Assembly (NCBI GenBank): GCA_900766645.1
Contig: CAAFWD010000215.1
Coordinates: forward strand, 215 to 64,214
DNA: 64,000 nt
Source: an uncultured Cetobacterium sp.
GTDB lineage: Bacteria; Fusobacteriota; Fusobacteriia; Fusobacteriales; Fusobacteriaceae
Reading direction: 5' to 3'
The first letter of the stretch is position 1; the number at the start of each line of letters is the position of its first letter. Both the position numbers and the translations under genes were made by a program. Under the pieces are notes generated by a model that had not been told where the DNA came from, made no database searches, and saw only the letters and a list, made by a program, of their open reading frames with translations. Positions 30,392 through 40,681 of this stretch are shown here, in pieces.

Positions 30392-33300
30392 TTATATCTT
30401 AGCTATATCAAATACATCTAAGTCCATTTTGTCTACATTTAACTCTTGAACTTTAATAACTGCATTTAATGTATCTATAGATGTTAATACTTCAACACCA
30501 TATTCTATAGCTGTTCTTCTTATTTTAAATCCATCCCTTTGAGCATCATTTGCTTTTGTAGGAGTGTTTATTAATAAATCCACTTCTCTATTTTTTAGAA
30601 GATCTAATATATTAGGAGAATCTTCATTTATTTTCTTAACAGCTGTTGCTTCAATTCCATTCTCTTTTAAGAATTTTTGAGTTCCTTCTGTTGCAAAAAG
30701 TTCACATCCTAAATTTTTAAGTGATTGTGCAACTGGTAAGAATTCATCTTTATCCTTATCTCTTATTGTTAATAAGATCTTCCTATTTCTTACGTTTTGA
30801 ACTCTTCCTCCTCCTAGAAGTCCTTTAAATATAGCTTCATCTGCAGTATTTCCTACTCCTAAAACCTCTCCTGTTGACTTCATTTCTGGTCCTAAAGAAA
30901 CTTCTACTCCTGATAATTTTTCAGTTGAGAATACTGGTACCTTTACGGCTACTACTGATGGTTTTTTATAAATCCCTGTACCAAACCCTAAGTTCTCTAG
31001 CTTTTCTCCCATTATAACTTTTGTTGCTATATCAATTACAGGCACTCCTGAAATTTTTGCAATATATGGAACTGTTCTCGATGATCTAGGGTTAACTTCA
31101 ATTACATATAACTCATTTTCATAAGCAATAAACTGAATGTTCATCATCCCTTTTACATTTAATTCTTTAGCTATTTTTCTTGTGATTTTTTCTAATTTCT
31201 CCTCTGTTCCCTCATATAAATTTTGAGGCGGATAAATCGTTATAGAGTCTCCTGAGTGGATTCCTGCTCTCTCTAAGTGTTCCATTACTCCTGGAATTAA
31301 TATCTCTTCTCCGTCACATATAGCATCTACTTCTAGCTCAATACCATTTAAGTATTTATCTATAAGAACCGGATTCTCTGGATCTCTTTCAAATGAAGCT
31401 TGTAAATAATTTACTAAGTTATACTCATCGTGACAGATTTCCATTCCTTGACCACCTAATACATATGAAGGTCTCACAAGTACTGGATATTTAACCTCTT
31501 CAGCTATTTTCTTTCCAGCTTCAATATCCCAAACTGCTCTTCCTTTTGGTCTTTTTATGTCCAGTTTTTCCATAATATCTTCGAACTTCTCTCTGTCCTC
31601 TGCAGCGTCTACCATCTCTGCTGAAGTTCCTAATATTTTTATTCCTCTATCTCTTAAATCGTTAGCTAACTTTATTGCTGTCTGTCCACCAAATTGAATT
31701 ATTACTCCTTCTGGTTTCTCTTTATCAATTATATTCATAACATCTTCAGTTACTAATGGTTCAAAATATAATCTGTCTGCTGTTGAGAAATCTGTTGAAA
31801 CTGTTTCTGGATTGTTATTTATAATGATACTTTCAATCCCCATATTTCTTAATGTTTTGATTGAGTGAACAGTACAATAATCAAACTCTATTCCTTGTCC
31901 AATTCTGATTGGCCCTGAACCAATAACTATTACTTTTCTCTTATCCGTTGTTTCAACTTCATCAAATTGGTCATACGTTGAGTAGAAATACGTTGAATCT
32001 GCCGCGAATTCTCCAGCACAAGTATCAACCATTTTATAAACTGGCTTTATTCCATACTCTCTTCTTTTTCTTGCAATATCCTCTTCGCTTACATTCATAA
32101 GTTGAGCTATACCTTTGTCTGCAAATCCTTTTTTCTTTACATTTTTTAAGAACTTCTCTGTTAAATCTTTAAGCTCCATTTTCTTCATTAACTCTTCTTG
32201 CTTTACTAACCATTCAAGTTTTTCCATAAAAAACTTGTCTATTCCTGTTAATTTCTGAAGTCTCTCTTTCACATATCCTCTTCTCAACATTTCAGCCACT
32301 ACGAAGATTCTTTCGTCATCAGGTCTTACTACAACTTCTTTTAACTCTTCCATACTCATTTTTTCAACTACTGGATGCTCTAAGTTGTATCTTCCAATCT
32401 CTAAAGATCTTAATCCCTTTAAGAAAGCTGCTTCAAAGTTATTTCCTATCGCCATAACTTCTCCAGTTGCCATCATTTTTGTTCCTAATCTCTTATTAGC
32501 TTTTTTGAATTTATCAAATGGCCACTTAGGAATTTTCACAACTATATAGTCTAAAGCAGGCTCAAAACATGCAAATGTTTTTCCTGTAACTTCATTTACT
32601 ACTTCATCTAATGTGTATCCTAATGATAATCTTGTAGCAACTCTAGCTATTGGATAACCTGTAGCTTTTGATGCTAACGCTGATGATCTAGATACTCTTG
32701 GATTTATTTCAATAATAGCATACTCAAATGATTTTGGATGAAGAGCAAACTGTACATTACACCCTCCTACTACTCCAATTTCATCAATTATTTTTAAAGC
32801 TGATGTTCTTAACATTTGATACTCTCTATCTGAAAGAGTTTGTGATGGAGCAACTACTATTGAATCTCCTGTATGTATTCCAACTGGGTCAATATTTTCC
32901 ATGTTACAAACTGTTATACAATTTCCATCTTTATCTCTTATTACTTCATACTCTACCTCTTTCCACCCTAAGATAGACTTTTCAATTAAAACTTGTCCAA
33001 CTCTTGAAAGTTTTAATCCTTTTAGTAAGATATCTTCTAACTCTTGTGGAGTATCTGCTATTCCTCCACCAGTTCCACCTAATGTATACGCTGGTCTTAC
33101 TACTACTGGATATCCAATTTCTCTAGCAACTTTGAATCCTTCTTCTAGACTCTCAACTATTTTACTTTCGATTACTGGCTCTCCTATTTTATCCATAGCT
33201 TCTCTGAACAGTTCTCTATCTTCTCCTCTTTTAATAGATTCGATAGATGTTCCTATTACTCTTACATTATACTTCTCAAGAATTCCTTTATCATTTAATT

Positions 33301-33598
33301 CAACAGCCATATTCAATGCTGTTTGTCCACCCATTCCAGCTAAAATTGAATCTGGTCTCTCTTTTGCTATTACCTTCTCTACAAATTCTGCTGTAATTGG
33401 CTCTATATAAATTTTATCTGCTACAGCTTTATCCGTCATTATTGTTGCTGGATTTGAGTTGATTAATACTACTTCAATTCCCTCTTTTTTTAAAGTCTCA
33501 CAAGCTTGCGTTCCTGAGTAATCAAACTCTGCTGCTTGTCCTATGATAATTGGTCCTGAACCTATTACTAATGTTTTCTTTATCGACTTATCTAACAT
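30392..33598 (-). CDS. carB: Carbamoyl-phosphate synthase large subunit
   Basis: [17 protein letters not shown], two ATP-grasp halves ([19 protein letters not shown]), MGS domain. Confidence 0.98.
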   Translation of the reverse strand: MLDKSIKKTLVIGSGPIIIGQAAEFDYSGTQACETLKKEGIEVVLINSNPATIMTDKAVADKIYIEPITAEFVEKVIAKERPDSILAGMGGQTALNMAVELNDKGILEKYNVRVIGTSIESIKRGEDRELFREAMDKIGEPVIESKIVESLEEGFKVAREIGYPVVVRPAYTLGGTGGGIADTPQELEDILLKGLKLSRVGQVLIEKSILGWKEVEYEVIRDKDGNCITVCNMENIDPVGIHTGDSIVVAPSQTLSDREYQMLRTSALKIIDEIGVVGGCNVQFALHPKSFEYAIIEINPRVSRSSALASKATGYPIARVATRLSLGYTLDEVVNEVTGKTFACFEPALDYIVVKIPKWPFDKFKKANKRLGTKMMATGEVMAIGNNFEAAFLKGLRSLEIGRYNLEHPVVEKMSMEELKEVVVRPDDERIFVVAEMLRRGYVKERLQKLTGIDKFFMEKLEWLVKQEELMKKMELKDLTEKFLKNVKKKGFADKGIAQLMNVSEEDIARKRREYGIKPVYKMVDTCAGEFAADSTYFYSTYDQFDEVETTDKRKVIVIGSGPIRIGQGIEFDYCTVHSIKTLRNMGIESIIINNNPETVSTDFSTADRLYFEPLVTEDVMNIIDKEKPEGVIIQFGGQTAIKLANDLRDRGIKILGTSAEMVDAAEDREKFEDIMEKLDIKRPKGRAVWDIEAGKKIAEEVKYPVLVRPSYVLGGQGMEICHDEYNLVNYLQASFERDPENPVLIDKYLNGIELEVDAICDGEEILIPGVMEHLERAGIHSGDSITIYPPQNLYEGTEEKLEKITRKIAKELNVKGMMNIQFIAYENELYVIEVNPRSSRTVPYIAKISGVPVIDIATKVIMGEKLENLGFGTGIYKKPSVVAVKVPVFSTEKLSGVEVSLGPEMKSTGEVLGVGNTADEAIFKGLLGGGRVQNVRNRKILLTIRDKDKDEFLPVAQSLKNLGCELFATEGTQKFLKENGIEATAVKKINEDSPNILDLLKNREVDLLINTPTKANDAQRDGFKIRRTAIEYGVEVLTSIDTLNAVIKVQELNVDKMDLDVFDIAKI

Positions 33599-33632
33599 TT
33601 AACTCCTCCTAAACTCTTTCCAAACTTTAAAA

Positions 33633-34685
33633 TTATCCCTCTATAACTTTTAAGAAATCATCAAATAGATATTGAGAATCTGATGGTCCTGGCCATGCTT
33701 CTGGGTGATATTGAACACATAATATTCTATGTTCTACACTTCTCATTCCCTCAATTGAATTGTCATTTAAGTTTATATGTGTAACTTTCATAGACTCTGG
33801 AACTTGATCTACAACATAACCATGATTTTGAGATGTTATAAATATTCTATTTTTCTCTAAATCTTTAACTGGATGGTTACATCCTCTATGTCCATATTTT
33901 AATTTTTTAGTTGTTCCTCCTAAAGCCCACGCTAATAATTGGTGCCCTAAACAAATTCCTACAATAGGAAGTTTCCCAACTAATTTCTTTATTTCATTTA
34001 TTACTCCTGTTAACTCAGCAGGGTCTCCTGGTCCATTCGATAGGAACACTGCATCTAAATTATAAGATAATAACTCTTCTGCCGTTACGTTCCAAGGGAA
34101 TACTATTTGATGTACTCCTCTTTCTTGGAATGATCTTAGAATGTTTTTCTTAACTCCAAAATCTACTACTCCAATTCTTTTCCCCTCTCCAGGAATTTCA
34201 TAAATCTCTTTTGTACTTACTCTTTCTACTGCATCTGTATTACTAAAGTTTTCAAAGTATTCGTTAATCTCTTTTTGAGTTAACTCTTTAGCTGTTATTA
34301 GAGCTTTCATCGCTCCCTCTTCTCTGATTATTTTAGTTAGGTGTCTTGTATCTACCCCTTTGAATCCTACAACTTTATGCTGTCTTAAGAATCCATCTAA
34401 AGTCATTTCACATCTAAAGTTATTTGGAAGTTTTGCATCCTCTTTGATTATGAACCCTTTTAACTTTATTCCATCAGACTCCATATCCTCTAAATTTATT
34501 CCGTAGTTTCCAACCATTGGGTAAGTCATAACAACGATCTGTCCATAATAAGATGGATCAGTTAATAGCTCCTGGTATCCAGTCATTCCTGTATTAAATA
34601 CAAGTTCCCCTACACTGTCACCTAATTCTCCAAAAATCTTTCCTTCAAAACTCATTCCATTTTCAAGAATTAATTTTCCTTTCAT
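33633..34685 (-). CDS. carA: Carbamoyl-phosphate synthase small subunit
   Basis: GELVFNTGMTGYQE.LTDPSY, SNGPGDP, GICLGHQ, QYHPE. Confidence 0.98.
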   Translation of the reverse strand: MKGKLILENGMSFEGKIFGELGDSVGELVFNTGMTGYQELLTDPSYYGQIVVMTYPMVGNYGINLEDMESDGIKLKGFIIKEDAKLPNNFRCEMTLDGFLRQHKVVGFKGVDTRHLTKIIREEGAMKALITAKELTQKEINEYFENFSNTDAVERVSTKEIYEIPGEGKRIGVVDFGVKKNILRSFQERGVHQIVFPWNVTAEELLSYNLDAVFLSNGPGDPAELTGVINEIKKLVGKLPIVGICLGHQLLAWALGGTTKKLKYGHRGCNHPVKDLEKNRIFITSQNHGYVVDQVPESMKVTHINLNDNSIEGMRSVEHRILCVQYHPEAWPGPSDSQYLFDDFLKVIEG

Positions 34686-34710
34686 TCAGAACCCTCCTAA
34701 AATTTTCCAT

Positions 34711-34740
34711 AAAAAAAGGAATATGAAAATTCATATTCCC
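34711..34740 (-). terminator. Attenuator/terminator in carAB leader
   Basis: Minus strand GGAATATGA-ATTT-TCATATTCC-TTTTTTT, about 25 nt before carA ATG and downstream of the promoter. Confidence 0.85.
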
Positions 34741-34877
34741 TGCTTTATATAAATATTAAAATTAAAAACTAAAAAATTAAAAAATACATTTTTTAAAAAT
34801 GAAATAAATAAATTTAAAAACAATAATGGCGACTTAGATTTCTTCTTTTTTCTAACTCTCGAAATGTTTTTTAACAT
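34731..34877 (-). CDS. Putative 48-aa carAB leader peptide (not in ORF track)
   Basis: SD AAGGAGGT then ATG; MLKNISRVRKKKKSKSPLLFLNLFISFLKNVFFNFLVFNFNIYIKQGI*; TGA lies in the terminator 5' arm. Confidence 0.7.
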   Translation of the reverse strand: MLKNISRVRKKKKSKSPLLFLNLFISFLKNVFFNFLVFNFNIYIKQGI

Positions 34878-34913
34878 CTATTTATAACCTCCTTAAATTT
34901 TGCTCTGAGAATG

Positions 34914-34942
34914 AGTATATACTAATTTTAAAAACTTGTCAA
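34914..34942 (-). promoter_or_regulatory. carAB sigma70 promoter
   Basis: TTGACA-17 bp-TATACT on minus strand. Confidence 0.85.
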
Positions 34943-35025
34943 TTTTTATTTTTAATTCCCTCTTGATATATTTCAGTTTAAGTTGTAATATTGGTACTGA
35001 AATTTATATGTGTCGGAGGTTTTTT

Positions 35026-35406
35026 ATGAAATATTCAATAATTACTAATAATAATAAAGTTTTTAATTTTTACAAAGAAACTGATAGTGTCGTATTTTTA
35101 CAAGATTCTTCCATCAATGAAATACTTGAATTTGTTAATGAAAAATGTTTTGAAGGACATCAGCTTTTAAGTGACCCTATTTTATACAATCTTGAAAATC
35201 AATCTAATCCATTTAAATCTATTCTTATTGGAAAAGATATTTTAAAAGATAATTCTCACTCTATAAAAATGACCACTGGTGTTTTAGATCTTATTGAAAA
35301 AGTTAAATTTTCACCTAAGGAAGATCTAACAGAAATTGAATTAGAAGAATTTAGATTTGTTGACTTAAATCTTATTAGAAATAGTATTGAAAAGTTAATT
35401 TTTTAA
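35026..35406 (+). CDS. GrdX-family protein
   Basis: IITNN..V, GHQLLSDP, PFKSILI, FRFVDL.LI pattern; ATG at 35026 follows GGAGG. Confidence 0.7.
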   Translation: MKYSIITNNNKVFNFYKETDSVVFLQDSSINEILEFVNEKCFEGHQLLSDPILYNLENQSNPFKSILIGKDILKDNSHSIKMTTGVLDLIEKVKFSPKEDLTEIELEEFRFVDLNLIRNSIEKLIF

Positions 35407-35430
35407 GGATGAGATAACTCATCCTTTTTT
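35405..35430 (+). terminator. Terminator after grdX-like gene
   Basis: AAGGATGAG-ATAA-CTCATCCTT followed by T run. Confidence 0.8.
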
Positions 35431-35497
35431 ATTTTTTTATATAATATTTCCCTGTATTATTGTATAATAACCTTAAAATATTATTGGAGGATTTAAT

Positions 35498-36358
35498 ATG
35501 GAACTTATTATATTAACAGGTCTGAGTGGTTCTGGTAAATCCACTGCTATAAAAACTTTAGAGGATCTTGAGTTTTTTACAATGGACAATATTCCCTTCC
35601 GTTTTGCAGGTTCTATTTTAGAAGATATTCAAAATAAAAAAGTGTTAAAAAGAGTTGCATTAGGACTTGATATTCGAACTATCATCGATAGAAACGATTT
35701 CAATCTTTTCTTTTCTCAAATTGATGCTTTAGGTATTAAATATAAAATTGTTTTTTTAGAAGCATCTGTTCAAGCAATTTTAAATAGATATAATCTTACA
35801 AGAAGAAAACATCCACTTATGAAAAATACTCTTCTTCAAAGTATTGAAGATGAAATCTGCATTATGAAAACTATTAAAGACCGTGCTGATCTTATTATTG
35901 ATACAAGTTTTTTAAGTGCTAAAGAGCTTTCTAAAAAAATTGAAAATGTTGCTTCTATTTTTTCTAAAAATGTACTTATTAATATCCATATACAATCTTT
36001 TGGATTTAAACATGGTGTTCCTATAGATGCAGATATGATTTTTGATGCTAGAACCCTTCCTAATCCATACTATATTCCTGAGTTAAAAAATTTAACTGGA
36101 AAAGATTCTCAAGTTTATGAATACGTTATGAACTTTGATCAATCTAGAGAACTATACAACAAAATAAAAGACCTCATTATTTTTTTAATTCCAGGCTATA
36201 TAAAAGATGAGAAAAGGCATCTTACTATCGGAATTGGGTGTAGCGGTGGAAAACATAGATCTGTATCTCTTGCTAGAACACTTTTTGATGATTTAAAACA
36301 TTTGGATAATATCCATGTTAATCTGACTCATCGTGAAGAAGAAAGGGGCAATTGGTAA
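35498..36358 (+). CDS. rapZ: RNase adapter RapZ (YvcJ/YhbJ) P-loop protein
   Basis: TGLSGSGKS, DIR, TRRKHPL, SFGFKHG, LPNPYY, GCSGGKHRSV. Confidence 0.95.
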   Translation: MELIILTGLSGSGKSTAIKTLEDLEFFTMDNIPFRFAGSILEDIQNKKVLKRVALGLDIRTIIDRNDFNLFFSQIDALGIKYKIVFLEASVQAILNRYNLTRRKHPLMKNTLLQSIEDEICIMKTIKDRADLIIDTSFLSAKELSKKIENVASIFSKNVLINIHIQSFGFKHGVPIDADMIFDARTLPNPYYIPELKNLTGKDSQVYEYVMNFDQSRELYNKIKDLIIFLIPGYIKDEKRHLTIGIGCSGGKHRSVSLARTLFDDLKHLDNIHVNLTHREEERGNW

Positions 36359-36359
36359 A

Positions 36360-38129
36360 ATGTTAACTCTGTTTAATAAAGAGATTCCAGATAATCCTGG
36401 TGTTTATTTAATGAAAAACAATCAGAATATTATTTATGTTGGAAAAGCAAAAAATCTCTCAAAAAGAATAGCCTCTTATTTTAACAAAGAACACTCAGAT
36501 GAAAAAACAAAAGAGCTTGTTAAAAATATAAATGATATTGATTTTATAATTTGTAACAGTGAAACTGATGCTTTAATATTAGAAAATAATCTAATTAAAA
36601 AATATTCTCCAAAATATAATATAAATTTGAAAGATGAGAAAACTTATCCATATATACTTTTAACAAAAGAGCTTTTCCCTAAAATTTCTATTATTAGAAC
36701 TACAAAAAAATTAAATGAAAATTTAGGAGATTATTATGGCCCTTTTCCATTTGGAGCATTCAATTTAAAAAAAATTCTTATAAAACTTTTTAAAATTAGA
36801 GATTGTAATAGAGATATGACTAAACTATATTCGAGACCTTGTCTTAAATATCATATGAAACTTTGCTTGGGTCCTTGTATAAAAAAAGATATCTCCATTG
36901 AATACAATGAAAATATTAAAAATGTTTCAAATATTCTAAAAGGGAATACTGGTGAAGTCATTAACTCCCTAAGCAATAAAATGATTCAAGCCGCAGGTAA
37001 TATGGAGTTTGAAAAAGCTATTTTATATAGAGAACAAAAAAATGAAATCGAAAAAAATATTCATAATCAAATAAGTGAATATGGAAAAGATATTGATGAA
37101 GATGTTTTTACTTTTTATATAGAAGATTTTAAAATTTTTATTTGTGTTTTAAATATTCGCTCTGGAAAAATACTGGGTAAAACTTTTTCAACCATAAATT
37201 TAAAAAATAAATTTTATGATGATCTATTTTTAGAGACTATTTCAAATTTTTATTCTAAATTTCCAATTCCTAAAAATATTATTTTCCAACACTTTTATGA
37301 AAACAAAAAAAATAATATCGAATTAATTTTTCAATCTATTTTTAACAAAAAAATAAATTTATTTTTTCCAAAAGTTAAATCTAGAAGAAAAGATCTTTTG
37401 GATATGGGAATTAGCAATTTAAAAAAAGATATTGATAATTTTTACAATAAAAAATCTATTGTAGAAAAAGGGCTAAAAGATCTATATACAAAGTTAGAAT
37501 TAAAAAAAATCCCTCTAAAAATAGAATGCTTCGATATCTCTAATATTCAAGGAAAGGATGCTGTAGCTTCTATGAGTGTAGCTATAGAAGGAAAAAAATC
37601 ACCTAAAAATTATAGAAAATTTAAAATTCAAACTAAAGATACACCTGATGATTTCCAAATGATGAGAGAGGTTATCGAAAGAAGATACAGCAAACTTTCT
37701 TCTAACGAATTTCCAGATGTTATCTTAATAGATGGTGGTCTTGGACAAATTAATGCTGTCGGTCAAATACTTGAAAATTTAGGAAAAGATAATATTTCTG
37801 AGTTATTAAGTATTGCTAAAAAAGAGGAAGAAATTTTTAAATATGGTAATAACGAACCATATATTTTCTCTAAAAATGACGAAGCTTTAAAAATTTTACA
37901 AAGAGTTAGAGATGAAGCTCATAGATTTGGAGTTACATATCATAGACTACTGCGAAGTAAAAGAGTTATTTCAAGTGAATTAGATTCTATTCCTGGAATA
38001 GGAGCTAAAAGAAAAGAGGAATTACTCAAAAAATTTGGTTCTGTTGAAAGAATTAAAAAAGCTAGCCTTTCTGATTTGGAATCTATTGTTCCGAGAAATT
38101 TAGCAATAAAAATAAAGGAGATGATATAA
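36360..38129 (+). CDS. uvrC: Excinuclease ABC subunit C
   Basis: PGVYLM..IIYVGKA GIY-YIG, IECFDIS, IDGG.GQ, RDEAHRF, HhH IPGIG; ATG at 36360 preferred. Confidence 0.96.
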   Translation: MLTLFNKEIPDNPGVYLMKNNQNIIYVGKAKNLSKRIASYFNKEHSDEKTKELVKNINDIDFIICNSETDALILENNLIKKYSPKYNINLKDEKTYPYILLTKELFPKISIIRTTKKLNENLGDYYGPFPFGAFNLKKILIKLFKIRDCNRDMTKLYSRPCLKYHMKLCLGPCIKKDISIEYNENIKNVSNILKGNTGEVINSLSNKMIQAAGNMEFEKAILYREQKNEIEKNIHNQISEYGKDIDEDVFTFYIEDFKIFICVLNIRSGKILGKTFSTINLKNKFYDDLFLETISNFYSKFPIPKNIIFQHFYENKKNNIELIFQSIFNKKINLFFPKVKSRRKDLLDMGISNLKKDIDNFYNKKSIVEKGLKDLYTKLELKKIPLKIECFDISNIQGKDAVASMSVAIEGKKSPKNYRKFKIQTKDTPDDFQMMREVIERRYSKLSSNEFPDVILIDGGLGQINAVGQILENLGKDNISELLSIAKKEEEIFKYGNNEPYIFSKNDEALKILQRVRDEAHRFGVTYHRLLRSKRVISSELDSIPGIGAKRKEELLKKFGSVERIKKASLSDLESIVPRNLAIKIKEMI

Positions 38130-39062
38130 ATGAAAAAAATATTACTACTTATTCCTTTTACATTAATTGTTGGTTGTAGTAACTTTTCTCCAAGAAAAGA
38201 TTTAAGCAAAAATATTACTTTTGAAAATTCTATCATAAAAAAAGGAGAATATAATTTTACTTTAATATCTCTAAATTACCCTGGTAATTATTCTGATAAA
38301 GTAAAGTTCTTTAATACTCTTAATGACACATTAGTTAATCTAGATCCATACAGAAAATCAAATCTTAATCTTATCATTTCTCCAGATTTAGAAAAAGATA
38401 TTAATGCTCTTTTAGAAACTGGTTGGATTGGAAAAGAAAGTTTAGTTATGAAAAATGCTGCTGATTTAGACAAAACTGAAAAAATATTCTTAGACTCTTT
38501 AAATATTAAAACTCCTGAAAATTCAGGAAATATTCAAAAATATTTAAATCTTCAATATTACTTTTTACTTAAATTAAATAATTCTGAAAATCTTTATAAT
38601 AGCAATGTTTTATATACTGAATATGATAAATCACTTTTTGCTGAAAATTTAATAATTAAAAGAAAAAATCTTATAGATAATTTAAAATCTATTAAGAAAA
38701 ATTTTGTTTATGAATCTAAAAATAAATTTAATACCCAAGATATAATTTTTACTCAAAATGATTCTAATCTTTCTAATCCAGTTATTTTTGTGGATTCAAA
38801 TAAATTTAGTGGATTTACATTAGATAATGATAGTTTGATCGTTTCAACTAATAGTAATCATGAATTTCTTTCTACGAAAAATTATATCTTTACTTCTCAA
38901 ATAGCCAATCTGACATCACCTAATGAAATTATCCACTATTCTTTCAAAAAAAATTCAATAGGTGTTTCAAATTTAAATATTTGGGAAAGAATTGTTAAAG
39001 AAAATTCTGGTGATGAAAATATATCTTTAGAAAATAATTTTTTAAAATTGGAGGATAATTAA
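38130..39062 (+). CDS. Hypothetical lipoprotein
   Basis: MKK + hydrophobic stretch + lipobox IVGC; RBS AAGGAG; no recognised domain. Confidence 0.75.
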   Translation: MKKILLLIPFTLIVGCSNFSPRKDLSKNITFENSIIKKGEYNFTLISLNYPGNYSDKVKFFNTLNDTLVNLDPYRKSNLNLIISPDLEKDINALLETGWIGKESLVMKNAADLDKTEKIFLDSLNIKTPENSGNIQKYLNLQYYFLLKLNNSENLYNSNVLYTEYDKSLFAENLIIKRKNLIDNLKSIKKNFVYESKNKFNTQDIIFTQNDSNLSNPVIFVDSNKFSGFTLDNDSLIVSTNSNHEFLSTKNYIFTSQIANLTSPNEIIHYSFKKNSIGVSNLNIWERIVKENSGDENISLENNFLKLEDN

Positions 39063-40574
39063 TTGATTATATATACTGTTATCGTTTTTATTATCTGTGT
39101 ATCTTTTTTCCTTTTAAAAAAGCAAGAGAAGAAAAAAAATGATGAAATATTAGACATCCTTAAAAGTTTCTCTGATGGAAATTTTATAAAAGATATCCCT
39201 GAAGAATATAAACACGATTATGTGAACGCCGTTAATACATTTACTAAACAAGGTCTTGAACTTGATAACTCTATAGAAGAACTTAGAGAATATAAAAAAG
39301 AATTAGAAGTTACATACAACGCTCTTTTAACAAAATCTAAACAACTTGAATATAGTAACCAAGTTCTTGAACAAAGAGTTGCTAGCTTATCAAATATCAA
39401 CTCTTTATCTAAAACAGTTTTATCTATCATGGAATTAGATAAAATTATTTCTACAATTTTAGATGCTTATTTTGTTCTTACTGGTGCTAAACGTATATCT
39501 CTTTATCTATGGGAAGGCGGAAGGCTTATTAACAAAAGAATAAAAGGAGATATTGATTTTAGAGGAGAGTTAAGTTACCCAGAAGAAGTTTTAAAACAGT
39601 TTACTAGAAAAGATTTTAAAAAAATATACAATGAGCTACTAAAAGGGTTCACTCTAACTCCAGACGAAAAAATAATTGCATCTCCTCTTACTGTAAAAGG
39701 AAAAGAACTTGGTGTTATCTTTATTATTGAAGATAAATCAAAATTAATTCACAGTGATGAAGAAACTATTTATGCACTTACTATTCAAGTTGCTATAGCT
39801 ATTAACAATGCTCAAATATATTCTGATTTACTTATAAAGGAAAGAATGTCTAACGAATTAGAGGTGGCATCTAGAATTCAAAAACGAATCATTCCTAAAA
39901 AAATTAAAAGTGTTCTTGGTCTTGAAGTAGCAACTTTCTTTGAACCTGCCAAAGAGATTGGAGGAGATTACTATGATTATTCCCTTTTAGATGAACATAC
40001 TTTTAGTATTACTATTGCAGATGTTAGTGGAAAAGGGGTTCCAGCTGCATTTCTTATGGCTCTTGGTCGTTCTGTTTTAAAAACTCTTGAGCTCCAAAAA
40101 GAAGAACCTTCTTCAAACCTTAAAAAGTTAAACCAACTTATATATTCAGACATAACTGAAGATATGTTTATTACTATGATGCACAGTAAATATGATTATG
40201 AAACTAAAATCCTTACCTACTCAAATGCAGGACACAATCCTCTTGTAGTTTACAATAAAGAACTAAACACTGTTGAAACTCATTCTGTTAAAGGTGTAGC
40301 TATTGGATTTTTAGATGACTATAACTATAGACAAGGGGAAATAAAATTGAATATTGGTGATATTGTTGTTTATTACACAGATGGTATAACTGAATCTGAA
40401 AACTCTAAAAAGGAACTTTTTGGAATAGAAAGATTAAAAGATATTGTTATGAAAAATTCACATCTCGAAGCTAGAGAAATAAAGTACAAACTTTTGTCTG
40501 AAATTAACAACTTTCAAAATGGTTGCGAACAAAATGATGATATTACATTCGTAATTATAAAGAGAAACCAATAA
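39063..40574 (+). CDS. Membrane-anchored GAF + PP2C/SpoIIE (RsbU-like) serine phosphatase
   Basis: N-terminal TM, coiled coil, GAF ending AIAINNA.IY, EL.VA.RIQ, GGDYYD, ADVSGKG, YTDG, DDIT. Confidence 0.9.
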   Translation: MIIYTVIVFIICVSFFLLKKQEKKKNDEILDILKSFSDGNFIKDIPEEYKHDYVNAVNTFTKQGLELDNSIEELREYKKELEVTYNALLTKSKQLEYSNQVLEQRVASLSNINSLSKTVLSIMELDKIISTILDAYFVLTGAKRISLYLWEGGRLINKRIKGDIDFRGELSYPEEVLKQFTRKDFKKIYNELLKGFTLTPDEKIIASPLTVKGKELGVIFIIEDKSKLIHSDEETIYALTIQVAIAINNAQIYSDLLIKERMSNELEVASRIQKRIIPKKIKSVLGLEVATFFEPAKEIGGDYYDYSLLDEHTFSITIADVSGKGVPAAFLMALGRSVLKTLELQKEEPSSNLKKLNQLIYSDITEDMFITMMHSKYDYETKILTYSNAGHNPLVVYNKELNTVETHSVKGVAIGFLDDYNYRQGEIKLNIGDIVVYYTDGITESENSKKELFGIERLKDIVMKNSHLEAREIKYKLLSEINNFQNGCEQNDDITFVIIKRNQ

Positions 40575-40580
40575 AATAAA

Positions 40581-40609
40581 TTGACTAGTTTCATATTAAG
40601 TATTATAAT
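40581..40609 (+). promoter_or_regulatory. Promoter of nucleoside ABC operon
   Basis: TTGACT-17 bp-TATAAT. Confidence 0.75.
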
Positions 40610-40681
40610 TTTGTATATATTTTTATATGTAATATTTGCTGTAATAATATTATTTTAAATTTTTTTTAGGGAGGATTCTAA

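Noticed and set aside
34731..34877. Arg- or Phe-sensing amino-acid attenuator interpretation of the carA leader
   Set aside because: Only two Arg codons (common AGA), no alternative antiterminator helix, and the Phe/Leu/Asn richness is explained by U-tract composition; not formally excluded.
34936..35025. N-terminal extension of the grdX ORF; similar upstream starts for uvrC (36333), DUF1385 (44064), nrnA (49668), ATPase (30176)
   Set aside because: They overlap promoters or neighbouring genes, and downstream ATGs have better SD sequences.
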